A stretch of DNA of 56,938 bases, the filler included, from Catajapyx aquilonaris (lineage: Eukaryota): assembly GCA_000934665.2 (NCBI GenBank). It is 3 parts of 3 records of this genome, joined end to end, with 100 filler letters (N's around TTAATTAATTAA, not from the genome) between each part and the next. Parts side by side here need not be neighbours in the genome. Positions count along the whole stretch, not along the records: positions 18,990 to 37,914 come from JYFJ02006578.1; positions 38,015 to 56,938 come from JYFJ02006579.1; 1 more part is not named here. The stretch is one strand, 5' to 3'. Below, in pieces: positions 37,596 through 51,500 of this stretch (its first letter is position 1; each line of letters starts with the position of its first letter). The notes below the pieces were generated by a model. It saw only the letters and a program-made list of their open reading frames with translations. It did no database searches and was not told the origin of the DNA. The position numbers and the translations under genes were made by a program.

Positions 37596-37914
37596 ATTAT
37601 TATTATTATTATTATTATTATATTATTATTATATATATTATATTATATATTATATTATATTATTATATGTGAATTATTATAATGCGAAACATTTAACCTT
37701 CCAGCCACTCAGCTAATCGATGAACCAATTAATAATTTTTTTATTTTTATCGTTTATTCTTATTATCATATTATTATTTTATTATTATATTATATTATTA
37801 TTATTATTATAAGCATTAAATAATCCCAAATTGCACAACTATACCTTGATGAACAATGACGCTTTGATCATCACCATGATACAAATCTAATTATTGTGTA
37901 AAATGCGGAAGTAA

Positions 37915-38014
37915 NNNNNNNNNNNNNNNNNNNNNNNNNNNNNNNNNNNNNNNNNNNNTTAATTAATTAANNNNNNNNNNNNNNNNNNNNNNNNNNNNNN
38001 NNNNNNNNNNNNNN
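37915..38014. other. Artificial contig spacer (44N-TTAATTAATTAA-44N)
   Basis: Same structure as 18890-18989. Confidence 0.97.
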
Positions 38015-38195
38015 GAGGAGGGATTATTCTCTTCATTGGAGAAATGCTATTTTGGAAATATATACAGCAACACCGACAGCATCCGTAGGTGAATCCTTGG
38101 AAACGAGAGCAAGATAAAATCACTGTCCATACTGTCAGTTGGAAAATTTATAACATTCTAACATTCGCCTAAATGTCCCGGCAAAAGGTCCTTGA
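38015..38195 (+). pseudogene. 3' end of ionotropic receptor copy A
   Basis: Aligns with 43177-43362 (GGIILFIGEML). Relative to copy B it has an ~8-bp deletion and a CGA>TGA change. The flank 38195-39180 parallels 43363-44100. Confidence 0.7.
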
Positions 38196-39714
38196 TACTA
38201 ATCGCATCTCAAATGTCCTATAGCAATAATTTTGCACTTTGGAGGTAGCAATAAAAAATAATATCTGTACCATACATCACACCACTCCGTGACCACTCCG
38301 CTTGTCCTACTGCACATTATTGTAATTATTACGCTGAATAAGTTTGGGGCTGTCCAACTGCTGCACTGGTCCGCTAATCATGTAATACGATGTCCTGGAA
38401 TATCTTCCAAGGAAATGAAAGTCCCAGATGATCACAAAACATAATATTGTGTGACCAATAAACAACTTTCAATTCGATACTGCATTTCATTGTTTTAGTT
38501 GAATTATCCAATATACTGTACGTATTTTCAACTGACTTTTAAAGCTCATTTACTATACAGGATTGCACTTGTTGCCTTTTTGAAGTCTGCTGGGAGCGCG
38601 CATACACTGCTATCTTTCGTATTCCGGACGAGGATGGGACGGAAACAACGTCAACTATATCTGTGGCAGTGTTCCCTCATTGGACAGTATGTCACCAAAT
38701 TACGCATTACTTATTTACCCTATACAGGATTGTACTTGTCATTTTAATATTGACCATGTCACCTTTTTGAAGCGGGCTGGGATCGTGCATACATTGTTAT
38801 GTTTTGTATTCCTCTGACTACCCTATTTTGAAAATTTTGCGCAAACCTTTCCAAATAATAGGTTAGGTTATCTTAGGTTAGGTTGTTACAGCATACCCCT
38901 TCCTAAATCCAAAAAATCAATCTTTTCATTCTTGCCTTTGCGACATAGCCAAGCTGCCCCCAGCCACCACTCACCCTGCCGCCTCCCGCCCACCAGTAAG
39001 AGTTACTATTTCCCAAAAATTAATGGTGTTTGTGAGAGTGTATATTACACTATTTTCTGCAACATAGAGAGGGGAAAGCCACTTACACAACCCTCATCTG
39101 ACTTACACAGTACTTATGTCAAGGAAAATTGTTGTTCAAACATCCGGAAATCTGGGTGCCCTCATTTCATATTTTGACAGAAATGGCAGTTTCAAAAAAA
39201 TTTCCTGGATCGACCAATATGTAATTAATCATTGAACCACGTGACAATTCATTTGGACATCCATACGCGACAATAAAATTTAAATTGGGATCTCTTCCAA
39301 CTTAATGCGGTTTAACTTTTTAATTGGCCATTGGCATAACTCATAAGTATTTCCTATTACCTAGGTGGAGTTACTTAATCACGCTGTCTCATAAGAGTAG
39401 TAACATGAGGTATGAATTTTTAAAGCAAAGGCATGTGTGAAATTTTGATACTAATTGAGGTGACCACATTTTTATATCTGGCTAATATCGAAATTCGCCT
39501 CTCTAAATTTTGCGGAAATCTCAAGAAAGCATTCCAGGCTTCATTTTTAAGCCAAATTCAAACTTTTTTAAAAACGGTCGATTTTTGAAAATAATCAACT
39601 CAAAAATTTGGCCGCTATACCTTTAATTCTAAATTTTGATATTTCACGAACATAATTTCTACCGTCAGAAAAGGTGTTAAAATAACTTTCCATTCCAGTA
39701 ACCACATTTTGAAT

Positions 39715-40437
39715 ATCTTAAAATATTTTTTTCTCAGAAATCGTTATTTTAAAAAAATTGCGCTTAAAATGAACCCTACATTGTTTAATTGACATATCCG
39801 CAAAAAAACGAGAGTAGTCTTGTGAAATTTGCTAACTATAAAAACCATATCTTACAAATGTTGCCTCCGCCGTCCACCCTCAGTTGGAGGCCCATTACTG
39901 TCAGGAATTATGCTGGTTACAAATCAAAATTTCGAATTCATTTTCATTTCATTTTAAGCACAATTCAATTTCTTTTCATGTCGATTTTTGAGTAAATGTG
40001 AAATCAAAATTTTGGACGCCATCTTTAATTCGAAATTTGGTTTCTTACAAACATAAGTTCGGTGGTCTAAAAGTGTGTTAAAATATCGCTCACCACAGCA
40101 TGAATATGATTTCGTATTTGTAACAATCTTTTGACAATTATACGTATTATGGCACTCCAACTGAGGGCGGACGGAGGCAACATATGTAAAAATGTTTTAA
40201 ATTTCACAAGACTACTCTCGTTTTTTTGCGAAAATGTCAATTAAACACTGTAGGCTTCATTTTAAAGGCAATTAAATTTTTTTAAATGCCGATTTCTGAG
40301 GAAAAAAGGTGTTAAGATAGCGCCCTAAATCATTGATCACATTTTGGATATGTTACACTGTTACGAAGTTATGTCCCTACAACTGATAACTGACGGAGGC
40401 AAAATTCGCAAAAAGATACGTACTTTCGCACCCTGTA
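39715..40437. mobile_element. Decayed Tc1/mariner-type element with an internal long inverted repeat
   Basis: Arms ~39715-39895 and ~40152-40318 are reverse complements (CGCAAAAAAACGAGAGTAGTCTTGTGAAATT / AATTTCACAAGACTACTCTCGTTTTTTTGCG). One CACCCTG-TA terminus at ~40437. Confidence 0.6.
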
Positions 40438-40586
40438 GTTATACAACCACGCGTCGCAGGGTCAAACAAAACGACGCCCTTGCTCACACCCATAGGTATT
40501 ACAACACACTATATGTTTTGGTCCCAACCGGAAAAGATTTGTCGGGGAGGGGGGTCCAGTTGACGTGGAATGCCTCATATGTATAA

Positions 40587-40665
40587 CCCTCCTGAGACCT
40601 GATGTCCAATATATATATATTTTTTTGCTGATGACCAATATATTGGACATCAGGTCTGAAGAGGA
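40587..40665. repeat. ~80-bp hairpin, possibly a minimal piggyBac-like MITE
   Basis: CCTCCTGAGACCTGATGTCCAATATAT / ATATATTGGACATCAGGTCTGAAGAGG inverted arms, with TAACCCTC at the left end. Confidence 0.55.
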
Positions 40666-40870
40666 TACTATATACCATATAATTATATATTGCACAAAGT
40701 AGTCCTCTTAACATACGGTACTCGTTCCTTTCGCAATATGTAAAATTATCGCACTTGCCACTTTAATTGGCTCTCCCATACAGTATTTTAGTCGTGAGGG
40801 AGTTTCCCATTCACACTGTCTTCTTTAGAACTTGGGACGAGGGTATAGGACGAAATCAATGTCAATCATA

Positions 40871-41783
40871 CAGGGTGATCCAACTCTATGGCACCAGTAG
40901 TTACTTGAAAAATCGCGCAAGCTGCTTGTTTATAAGCAGGTCGTTGCTAAGAGATGCTTTCTGGCTTTCTGGAGAATCGGGAATAGCACCTGCTGATATT
41001 AGGTCCAATGCCCATGTAACAATATTAATGAGGGAAAAAGGGGTCATCCGTGGGAAACAGGCTTGTTCTGGTGTTCGCTGGAGGGTTTCACATGAGGTCA
41101 CTAGCTGCCAAACCAGAGGGCTAACCCGTCGGAACTGGACAGACCCGGGTGTGTCAATAAATAGGCCTTCTGGTCTGTTCATTGTTGGCCGCAGTTGGCG
41201 CAACCGAGGCAGGTCAACAGGCAGCGTTGTTTAGTTACCAGTCTTAGCACCTGCTGATATTAGGTCCAATGCCCATGCGTGTACCAATTAATGAGAGAAT
41301 GCCCAATGCAGACTGTACTGTTAGAACCCTAGAAGCCCTTGGACGGCCCTCGAACAGGCCCCCTGAGTAAGGCATGTCCTGGTCCTGACTCTACAAGAAC
41401 TATTTATTTACTGGTAACTAAACAACGCTGCCTGTTGACCTGTCTCGGTTGCGCCAACTGCGGCCAACAATGAACAGACCGGCAGAAGGCCTATTTATTG
41501 ACACACCCGGGTCTGTCCAGTTCCGACGGATTAGCCCTCTGGTTTGGCAGCTAGTGACCTCATGTGAAACCCTCCAGCGAACACCAGAACAGGCCTGTTT
41601 CCCACGGATGACCCTTTTTCCCTCGTTAATTGTTACATGGGCATTGGACCTAATAACAGCAGGTGCTATTCCCGATTCTCCAGAAAGTATCTCTTATTGA
41701 TCTCTTAGCAACGACCTGCTTATAAACAAGCAGCTTGCTGATTTTTCCAATAACTGTTGGTGCCATAGAGTTGGATCACCCTG
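40871..41783. mobile_element. Foldback Tc1/mariner-type MITE
   Basis: TA-CAGGGTGATCCAACTCTATGGCACCA...TGGTGCCATAGAGTTGGATCACCCTG-TA. Arms of ~370 bp give near-identical spurious ORFs on opposite strands (40901-41203 vs 41449-41700). Confidence 0.9.
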
Positions 41784-42320
41784 TATATCATTCTGTAGCA
41801 GTGAACACGATCCCGTAGTAGGAAGACGCTATCTTGATATACGTAAGTGGGGCGTTTATCTTCATCGTACAGGTCAGCAGTAAATAAACTGAAATATTCA
41901 TCCAAACGTGTTCATACGCGACTGGAATGCCAGCAGGGAGTCACAAAAAGCCAACTGAAAATACATTGCCCAAACTATTTCGTCAATAGCAGCCCAGCGT
42001 TGATGGACATCGAACTGTGACATTTTATGAAGTCTATTGCATCATTTAATATTCAGAAGACATTAAGTCAAATGGTACTTTTCCTTTATATGCATGATTT
42101 CTCATACTGTCTTTGCCAATCACCATGTGAAATCCGTACCATATTTAACAGCATGCCTGGAAAATAGTTTTACGTGTAGTTGCAAATGATTCAGCAGCAA
42201 GGTCAAGGAATACGTTAAGTGAATATTCCAACCAAATTTAGCTCTCGCCAAAAAATGTGGTCCGCATTATCAATATAAACTGAAGTGGAATCAATAGGGA
42301 TGGTCACTTTTGGATTGGCC

Positions 42321-43362
42321 ATGGTGGGGGTAGCAGCGTGTCTCTTGGCTCTGGCCGCAGTCGCTTCTGGTCAAGTCCGTTATAACAGGCAGTTTCGTCC
42401 TTTTTGGATTGTTAAAATTGCAGAAATCGTACAAAAACCCTTTTCTAAGTACACATCCCCCAGAAAATATTATGCTGTATTCTTTGCGATACATGTTTCT
42501 AACCCTGATTGAGGAAAACCCCAACAAAGTACCTGAAGGAGACTCTCCCCGATTGTTCATCTCCTTCTGGTGGATTTATTCCCTGGTCATAATCTGTGGA
42601 TACGAAGCCCTGTATTTCGGATTCTTAGCATCGCCACAGCAGGAAGATTTGCCTAATTCCTATCAAGATCTCGGCAATCGACGTGACTGGAAGTAGGGAA
42701 CTCTGGGACCAGCAAAACCGTATTTCTCTAATATTTTCATTGACAATGACCTTGATTATTTCCAACCCATTGATGAGCATATGAGTGACGAGGACGACCT
42801 CAGCATATGTGTTAGTAAGGAAATAGCGACAAACTTTGCGTGCATAGGTCCAAGTGACTTTTTGCTTGCTTTTGGGGCTCAATATGTAGACAAGGCCGGG
42901 AAAATTCCATTAGCTCTGGCTCCAGATGCTGATATGTTATTTTACGGTGGATATATTTTTGACAAGCACAGTCTGTGGGAACCCATAATGGACAAAATGT
43001 CGTATTACTACGTCAGTTCTGGCATGATGGCCAAAGACGACGAGTACTTGCATTACACTCTTCTTCGATTGGGACTTAGGGATGCAAGAAAAACTGACAG
43101 AATGTACGAGCTGTCGATGGCTTTGAATTTTGATCAGTTGAGAGGAATAGTATATTTTCTCTTCATTTTTTGCTGGGGAGGAGGGATTATTCTCTTCATT
43201 GGAGAAATGCTATATTGGAAATATATACACTTATACAGCATCTCAGACAGCATCCATGGGCGAACCCTGGGAAACGAGAGCAAGAGAGAATCACTGCCCA
43301 TACTGTCAGTTGTAAAATTTAGCTCACATTCGCCTTTAAATGTCTCGGCAAAAGATCATTGA
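42321..43362 (+). pseudogene. Intronless divergent ionotropic receptor (IR) copy B, internally deleted, with a premature stop
   Basis: Signal peptide MVGVAACLLALAAVASGQV is joined out of frame at ~42378 to the membrane region. It has M3-like SPRLFISFWWIYSLVIICGYEALYFGFLASP..P.S..DL, an in-frame TAG at 42694-42696, an S2-like region, and the last TM LNFDQLRGIVYFLFIFCWGGGIILFIGE. Confidence 0.75.
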
Positions 43363-46012
43363 TACAAATCGCTTCTCAAATGTTCGATAGCAATAATATT
43401 GCACTTTCCAGGTAGCAATAAAAATAATATCTATCCCATATATCACACAACTCCATTTGTCCTACTGATCATTTAATTGCGCTGAATTAGTTTGGGGCTG
43501 TCCCGCTGCTACACTGATCCGCTTATCATCGTAAAATGCAATGTACAGTAGCCTACTGCAATATCCTCCTAGGAAATAAAATTCCCAGATGATCAGAAAA
43601 CATATTGTGTGACCAATAAACAACTTTCAATCAGCTACTGCATTTCATTGTTTTAGTTGTATTATCCAATATATTTTCAGCTGTATTTTTAAAGTCCATT
43701 TACTATACATGATTGTACTTGTCATTTTAATTGACCATGTCTGCTGGGAGCGTGTATACATTGTTGTTTTGTATACCGCTAACAGCTCTATTTTGCAAAT
43801 TAGGCGCAAATTTTACAAATATAAACTTCCTAATATGGACATAAGCAATAATAAATAATATGCGTCTGTCATATTAGCAGAGGCTATAATAAGACACTGG
43901 GAGTTTAAAATGCATAACCTACAACAAACATATCAAAAATTGATGGTGTTTGTGATAGTGTATTAATTTTACACGATTTTCTGCAACTTAGAGAGGGGAA
44001 AACCACTACACAGCCATCATCTGACATGCTTATGTGAAGGAAAATTGTTGTTCAAACATCCGGCAATCTGGTTGCCCTCATTTCATATTTTGACAGAAAT
44101 AACTTAGCCTAAAGATAGAGTTATTACAGCGCAAGTTAAACTTTACACTTTTGTCAACAAAAAGTGCGTCGGCGTGATTTACTGTATTCAGTTTGTCGAA
44201 AGTGGTTCATCCCATCTCTCAAGTCTCATGGAATTTGTGAAGTTTGTGATCGCCAATTCTGAATTTCGCGGACACACATTAACCAATGGAAATCGATAGA
44301 TCAGTTGCAATGTGGAAGCCACTCGGTTAGTAGTAAGTTAGTTGTTGATGTTTTCCCTTTGACCTTTCCTCTCTGTGGCCACTTTCATATTATGACATCA
44401 TCTGGGTCGGAGGAGGAAGAATTATTGGTGACCTCCCTGGTGGAAGATGTCCGTCGTTCAAGCGAACCCCAACGACATTCCCCGAGGTGATCCATCCCGA
44501 GGCCTACAACTTGCATGCATTATTTGTAAGCATCGTATAACATAAGCAATATCAACCATATCTGCGCCAGTGAATGTGTCCCTTCAGTGGACATCAAGCC
44601 ATGAGGATGAAAGTGGGTCGCTTCTATTTGCAGCATACCATCCTGTCAACAGTAAATAAAGTGAAATATTCATCCAATCCTGGTCAATTCTGAGTGACCT
44701 GCTTCTATTATCTGGACACAGGCATCAAAATGATTTTCATTCCGCATATGTTAATTTCATAACAGAATTTCTGACAATAATACTGGAATAGAAAAGTGGT
44801 ATTTCAGGGCGGCTCATTTATGTTGCATGTAAAGTTGCATAAAAGAACCGCCTTCTTCCAAAACTTAAAAAATACTTGAAAAGGTTCTTTGGAGATAATT
44901 GACCCGAATTAACTGCATCCAAAAAAATTTAATGATTTGCTTTGAACCAATGAGATCAGAAACCCCATAAGTCCGTAGAACTAAATTTCCCAGGGGAGAC
45001 ATAAATCGACCTATAAGTTCACCATACTGCTGTGGCATAGGCCTACATTGGATTTTTTTTACATAACACACATGCAAAGGCAATACTTTCTCCGTCTTGG
45101 TTTTAAAAGATTAAGTGACAATTGGTGTCTGTAGAATTTTGTTGAAGGTCCTGGACATATGGGGTTTCTGTTCTGGTCGCTTCTTTTACCTTTCACATTG
45201 TATGTAAAATATTGTACTCATCATCCAAAATGGCTGTCATTTAGATGTGTGGGAATGCGACCCTTATACATTTTTAGGATCTTCTCCATATAGATCATAA
45301 TTATGTAAACAAAGAAAAATATTCATCCAAACGTGGACATAACGCTATTTTTATATAATTATTGTTTTTATTTATTTACAAAGTCTTGTGATAGGAAAAT
45401 AGCGAAATTGTAAAGAATATGATAGAGAGAGTCAGGTTCGTTTCGATTACTCTATGTGCAGTCGTTTTCATTATCAAGCGTGATGAACGACCCATTACAG
45501 GAAGTCTGGGTGAGAGATGGCTAAGATTTGCCACTAATCTGGTTATATTAACATGGGTCAGTAACGACAGGTAACGTACAGGGTCTACATAACGCTATTG
45601 TAATGCCAGCAAGGAAGGAAACTCAAAAGTAGACTGACAATAAATCTCCAAAACTACAGTACAATGTCAAAAGCAGCACGTAAGTTTGATTTGTAACTGT
45701 TACATTTTAATGTTCCTGGCATCATTTAATATTCTAAAGATTTTCGTCTAATTTTGCAATCCGTCAATATACAATATAATTTCTTATTATGTCATTGCCT
45801 ATTACCATGTCACCTCGGGGCCTTACTCTACGCTCTACATGCAGTGTACCTGAAGAGTAATTTGCTCCTTAAATGGCTTGGCAAAATGTTTACGAAGTAG
45901 GGAAATGTATACCAACCAAATTTCGCTGTCACCAAATGTGGTTCGCATTATCTACTGTAATATGTATAAACAGAAGTGGAATCAATAGCGATGGATCAGT
46001 TTGAGCTTGGCC

Positions 46013-46081
46013 ATGGTGGGGGTAGCAGTTTCTCTCTGGGCGCTGGTCGCCATCGCTTCTGGACAAGTCCACATGTCATAT
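46013..46081 (+). pseudogene. 5' end of ionotropic receptor copy C, truncated by a LINE insertion
   Basis: MVGVAVSLWALVAIASGQV and the upstream flank (TATAAA-C.GAAGTGGAATCAATAG) parallel 42270-42378. Confidence 0.7.
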
Positions 46082-46495
46082 CCATATGTTGAAAAACGAT
46101 TTAGAGTTGAATGCGGGAAAGACGAAAATCATGGTATTTAGGAATGGAGGAAAAAGGTCCAAAAGGGACGGGTGGTTTTGGGAGGTTTCCTTCGGTCCGG
46201 CGAGTAGAGGGGACATTCCCTGGCGGGGTCGATGAGGTGCAAGGGTGGTGCCATACACGTCGGCGTGGCCAGGGCGTCCGGAGTAGTGGCTGGTGGCGGG
46301 GAGGNTATTGCATAGTGTAATATTTAAATTAAATATTGAGTGTCTGTCGTCTGAGGTTGGCAGGGGTGGGGGGGGGGGGAGCTGGGTTGTTTTTAGGCTT
46401 ATTTTCACAAGTTTTAATTATTAGTTCATATGTTGGGTTAGCTTGCGTCTCCCTTCATCGCTGAGACGCTGACTACTCCTCATAGGGAAATGTCG

Positions 46496-46533
<38 letters not shown>
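46082..46533 (+). mobile_element. Truncated LINE fragment (RT remnant, 3' UTR, (GTT)n tail)
   Basis: Encodes DLELNAGKTKIMVFRNGG, the LxxNxxKTxxMxF motif at the end of non-LTR RT domains. Its 3' end is shared with 18784-18889 and 52943-53045. Confidence 0.75.
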
Positions 46534-46534
<1 letters not shown>

Positions 46535-48511
46535 ACAGTATCTCAGTTGTATGACAATATTACAACATCGACTATCGTGAAACAGAGCACACGAGACACA
46601 TGGGGAATAGGCATTTATTATGACATACAGGAATAGAAGGAAATATCATTCCCCATAATAAACGCCTTGTCTGGAACACTTGACGTCACTGTGACGTCAC
46701 TCTGACGTAATGGCTCGTCCCCAGAGTGCTGTCACCTACGCCACCTACCAGTCTTGGTGGAAAGCGCTTAGGAACTGTCGTGACTGTGACTGCTGCCATC
46801 TTCCGCCACCTTCCGCACTAAATAATTTTACCGTCCTCCCAACGAGATAGAATCATGTAGAGGCCGTAAAGGTCACGTGATCTATGGCGTCCATGCCACT
46901 TCACGAATCCGACACTAATCGCAATATGTTCCCATTCCAGCTTGGACTTCTTTTTCTTCTTTCTCCAGTTCCTCCAGACTGGCTCTCTCCAGCTGGAGTT
47001 TCTTTCTCTGTCCAGTGACCGTTGATCTTCCGCATCTGCATGATCACTAGTCCCGTCTTGATCAACATCTGCTTGATCATCAGGCCCATCAAGATCAGCT
47101 TCTGCTTGGGCATCAGCCTCCGCCTCTAGCTGCTTCTGCCTCAGCTTCCAGAAGTCGTCCAATGATGTACAGACCCCTTCTGCGGCATCAAACTCTGTTG
47201 TAGTTCGCATTCCCTGCACCTGGGCCTCTTCTCGCCCCTTGACTCGACGGTCCATCGTTACTTCACCATCTTCCCAGCACCGGATGTCATTCATCCCCCT
47301 GACTGCTTTGTCCCGCAGGTTGCCTCTATATTGGAGACAACTCTTGGCACGCATCTGACTCGGGCTGCTGGCTTCTTCGTCGACCAGTTCTTCCATCGCT
47401 GGCTTCAGGTACCGCAGACCTCCTGGTTCACTGCAGCGCCCTATGACACGTCTCCCCATGCTCTTCCCCAGCCCTCCATCGTCATGACGCAACGTCCTGG
47501 TACTCTTCAGCTTCGTCTCTCACCCGCTCCTGGCCCCTCAACTCATCCTTCATCCCCGGGATGTTCCCTGTTGAGCACTCACACTTAGCTGAGATTACTT
47601 CGTTGCTCTCAGGACCCACCAACAGCAAGCTCTTGGCATCTTCGACCTCTGAACCTTCCTTTCTCAGCCTCCAGGTGTCCAAACCGTCATCCAGACCACC
47701 AGCCACTGGCTCCAAGATCTGCAGCACCCCTGGTCCATTGCAGCATCCCTTTGCACTACTTTCCATGACCCCTTCCAGCTCCCTGGCGATATGGCGCAAT
47801 CCCATTACGCCCTCTGTCTGGTCCTTTTCGGTCTTCACCCTCTTCATCTCAGCCTGGTGGGCACAGTCCCCTAGGATTGTCCCAGCATCTTCTTGCCCCC
47901 CGACTGGATGGTACAGCGACTCGGCACTCTCTCTCCGGCACCGGTCTTCCTTCTTCCGCTCAACATCTTTGTTCCTCAGGCCACTTCTGCCACTCTCGGA
48001 ACACTTCTGCACTGGCCTCCGAGTGTCCTCGCCATCAACCGGGTCATCCGTCCCTGGCTTCAGGATCTGCACGCTTCCTGGCACGCTGCAGTATCTCCTG
48101 GCACTTCGATCTGTGCCTTCCACCAGCTCCCTGACGGTGGGGCGCCACCCCATGGTGCCCTCTACCTGGTCTTCTTCGGTCCTCACACCATTTCGGCCCA
48201 GCCAGTTGTCCGAACCCGGGTTGACCTCTGCCACCCCGCTGGTACTCATGTCATCGCCTGCTGTTGGAACTCTTATCTCCAACCACACGGGATCTCTCAC
48301 CTCAGCACTTTTCTTCAAACGCCCCCGGGCACCCTCGCCGTCAACCGTACTGACCGTCGCTGGCCTCTGGATCTGCAGGCCACCCCCTGGTTCACTGCAG
48401 CCTCCCCTGGCACATCTCCCTGTGCCTTCATCCAGCCTCACGACGTCATGGTGCACCATCACAGCACCACTTGTCCGGTCCTCTTCAGCTCTCACGTGCC
48501 TCTGGCCTAAA

Positions 48512-51500
48512 TAGCCCAGGCATAATAGGTTTTTACCTTGAAATAAATAAGGTAGTTTTGATTTTTGGCACAAATGTACCTTGGTACCATAGGAGCTACC
48601 TCCCAAAAGTCCCCGCCTCTGAGGCGTCGGCGTCATAGTTTTTTTGAGCAAAAAGTGCGTAAGTCACAAAATCACAGAAATACCTGCCTTACGCTCAAAA
48701 TATCCGTCGCAATGCCCTCCAATGGTGCCAAAATGGTCAGGGAGGAACTGGGTGTGAATTAAAAATATCATAATTGACATGAAGTGAACTTATAAATAAA
48801 TAAATCCCATTTATACTCGCAGTACATATATCGAAAGATTACACTTTACGTACTGCTCGAAAACCGTCATTGATGTGGACAAAATGGTAGGAACCAAAGT
48901 TGGAGTGCACACCTTCAGCTTTCGAACGGTATGTCGATGATCTCTCTGCGATTAACGGTTACGTATATCTTCGTCGAAACGTGAACCGATGTCGCAGCGC
49001 ACGCATATAGTGCCGCTCTACTCGGCCGAGGCGGACGCCACTGTACCGGCGCGGCGCAAGTCCCCCGATCCCGCCGCGCCGGTGAGTTGCTGTTAGTTGT
49101 GCGTTGGGATTCTTGTCTCAGGCATTAGAGCTACGAATATAAATGACGTATTTGTACATTATTGCCGGGTATCTCCTTTTAGAATAAATAAGCCGATAAG
49201 TCCTATCCGATATGACATAACAAGTTACTTTACCATTTGCAAAAATCAGAAAAACTGGCGCCGAATAATCGGTCATCCTCTTCTTCATCATCACATCCAT
49301 CCAATGTAACATTTAAACAGAAAAATCCTCGGCAATTCGCGCACATCAAACTGCACTCCAGTCCAGCACGTGCACAGTCACACCGGTTGCCGCAAGTGTT
49401 CTTGCAATTGCGGGACACCAGGAAGGAGGAAGAGTGGTTGTAATAGGCACCAGCGCACCACCAACAATTCTCCATCCCCAATCCTGAGGGTCCAAGTAAT
49501 GACCCATCCATTCCTGAACTTGGATGTACACGCGAAGGGAATGCTGCTCACATGCAGCAGATGTTGGCTTCAGCCATGTTGACAGAAAACCCAAGGCTGC
49601 TAAGGACCTGTATCAACTGTTTGGAAGCATAACGGCGGTACACGTAGTACACTCCAAGAGCAAGTAGAACAGGAGGGACAAATGAACGTGGCCTATATGG
49701 TGATACGAGTGCTTGTCCAATTGCAGTTCGTTTCCTTACAATGCCTTCTGACTGGGGATTACGGGAGGAGATGACTTTGTCCAGAAAAACCTTCAGAGTG
49801 GCAGGCAAAATGCTGTCTTCAGTAACACTAGACTGATCTGCAGCTGGATATTCGTCACACTTATAAACCATTCGGCGAATGTCCTCTCGAATGATTTTTG
49901 CTGCAGTCTCCACAATTAAGGCGCTCCTCAGTGAACGACTTTTTCCTATTAGAGTACCACATTTCTTGGAGGAGCTGGTCAGCTGTTCCCTTAAAATTCA
50001 CAATACTCGACTGCCCGGGAGTAGGCTATCTGTGATAACAATCGCATGGCCATAGTAAACTTTCAGTTTCTCCTTCAAGTACCTAGGACTGTAAGACAGA
50101 GTAGAAGATATCAATGTCGCAGAGTATGACTCCATACGCTTCACCAGGTCGTCAAGCAAGAATTGACATTCATCGTTGTTCTCCAAGTAATCCCTCAGCC
50201 TCTCGAACGCTTCTTTCTTGCCCTCATCTTCTCTTCTACCTCGCCCTGAAGCGGAGGTAGTGCTGGAGATAAACCGCCGGCGGCACTCGGTGTGGTATTT
50301 GGCTTCTGCGGCGACAAGATCTTGGACACTGTCAACACCAGCCTGCACGATTCTCCCCCAGTCATCTTGTCTCTCCTGATACCTAAGCCTCACCGGACTC
50401 TTGAAGATCAGAGTCCTTACTTCATAAATAACCTTCCTGTACTTCACAGCCTCCTTTGTCTCCTTCTATTCAGAGGCTTCCTCCCCGCAGAACAGGCAGT
50501 GTTCCTTAAAGTTGAAAGTAGGAAGGGAAGAACGCAAAACTTTGCTGCTTTCCAGACCCATCGATGTACTCGACGTACTTGGATCACATACTCGTATCTT
50601 CCTATCTTTCAGTATGGACGTTTTCCTGGTGTAGTCTTTACTGCATGAAACAGCATGGACAACAACGCTACGTTTTGAGCCGATAACCTCCGCTTTGCCA
50701 TCCATTCGCTCCTGGCTAGCAGCAACCAGCCCACGCAGGCCTCTGGACACAACCACTGTTTCTTCACCATTCTCCAAGTCACACTCACATATGAAGCATT
50801 TTCCTGAATCCATGCTCCCAGGTGCTAGAGCAGTTGCTCAAGTGCACGTGTGACTTGTCCAGTGGTGGGCACGCTAACCGTGTTTTAGTTCCACTAAAAT
50901 CAGCAAACCATGGGCGGTGCTAAATCGCTAATGATAAACAGGTACAATGATTATATGGGGATTTCTACAAAATTTCTAGCGATTCAGCGATGTCCATGGT
51001 TTTAGTGAGCAAGTTAGCTGTTATCGAAAGCAGAGCTGGGCAAGCTAACCGAAACTTTTAGCTCAGCTAACTTCCGCTAACAGCGAATTCGGTTAGTAAA
51101 CCATGGGCGGCGCTTAATTGCTAATGATAAACAGCTAGAATGATTAGGGAGGTTTCCACTAACCTTTCTAGCTGTTAAGAATTAACGAATTGGTGATGTC
51201 CAGGGTTTTTCTGAGCAAGTTAGCTGTTATCGAAAGTTAGCTGTGCTCACCTCTGATCGAAAGTTAGCTGTGCCCAGCTGCCCACCACTGAACTTTTGTC
51301 TCATGGAGGCCGCCATTGCGGACAGGTTTGCGGGCGCGGGAACGGGCTAGTGGCAACAGGCACTGCGCGTGCGCTGCGACATCGGTTCACGTTTCGACGA
51401 AAATATCCGTAACCGTTAATCGCAGAGAGATCATCGACATACCGTTCGAAAGCTGAAGGTGTGCACTCCAACTTTGGTTCCTACCATTTTGTCCACATCA

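Noticed and set aside
42694..42696. In-frame TAG in IR copy B as a possible readthrough pseudo-pseudogene
   Set aside because: The copy also lacks most of its N-terminal region and is out of frame with its signal peptide, so readthrough could not rescue it.
47561..48514. 317-aa plus-strand ORF
   Set aside because: Probably the antisense shadow of the minus-strand repeat ORF, which is the frame that has an ATG, a polyA signal and hydrophilic protein-like repeats.
48565..48762. Identical 65-aa ORFs here and at 51609-51806 (similar pairs at 2425/2757, 20888/21397, 40901/41449)
   Set aside because: They are by-products of inverted-repeat arms, not duplicated genes.
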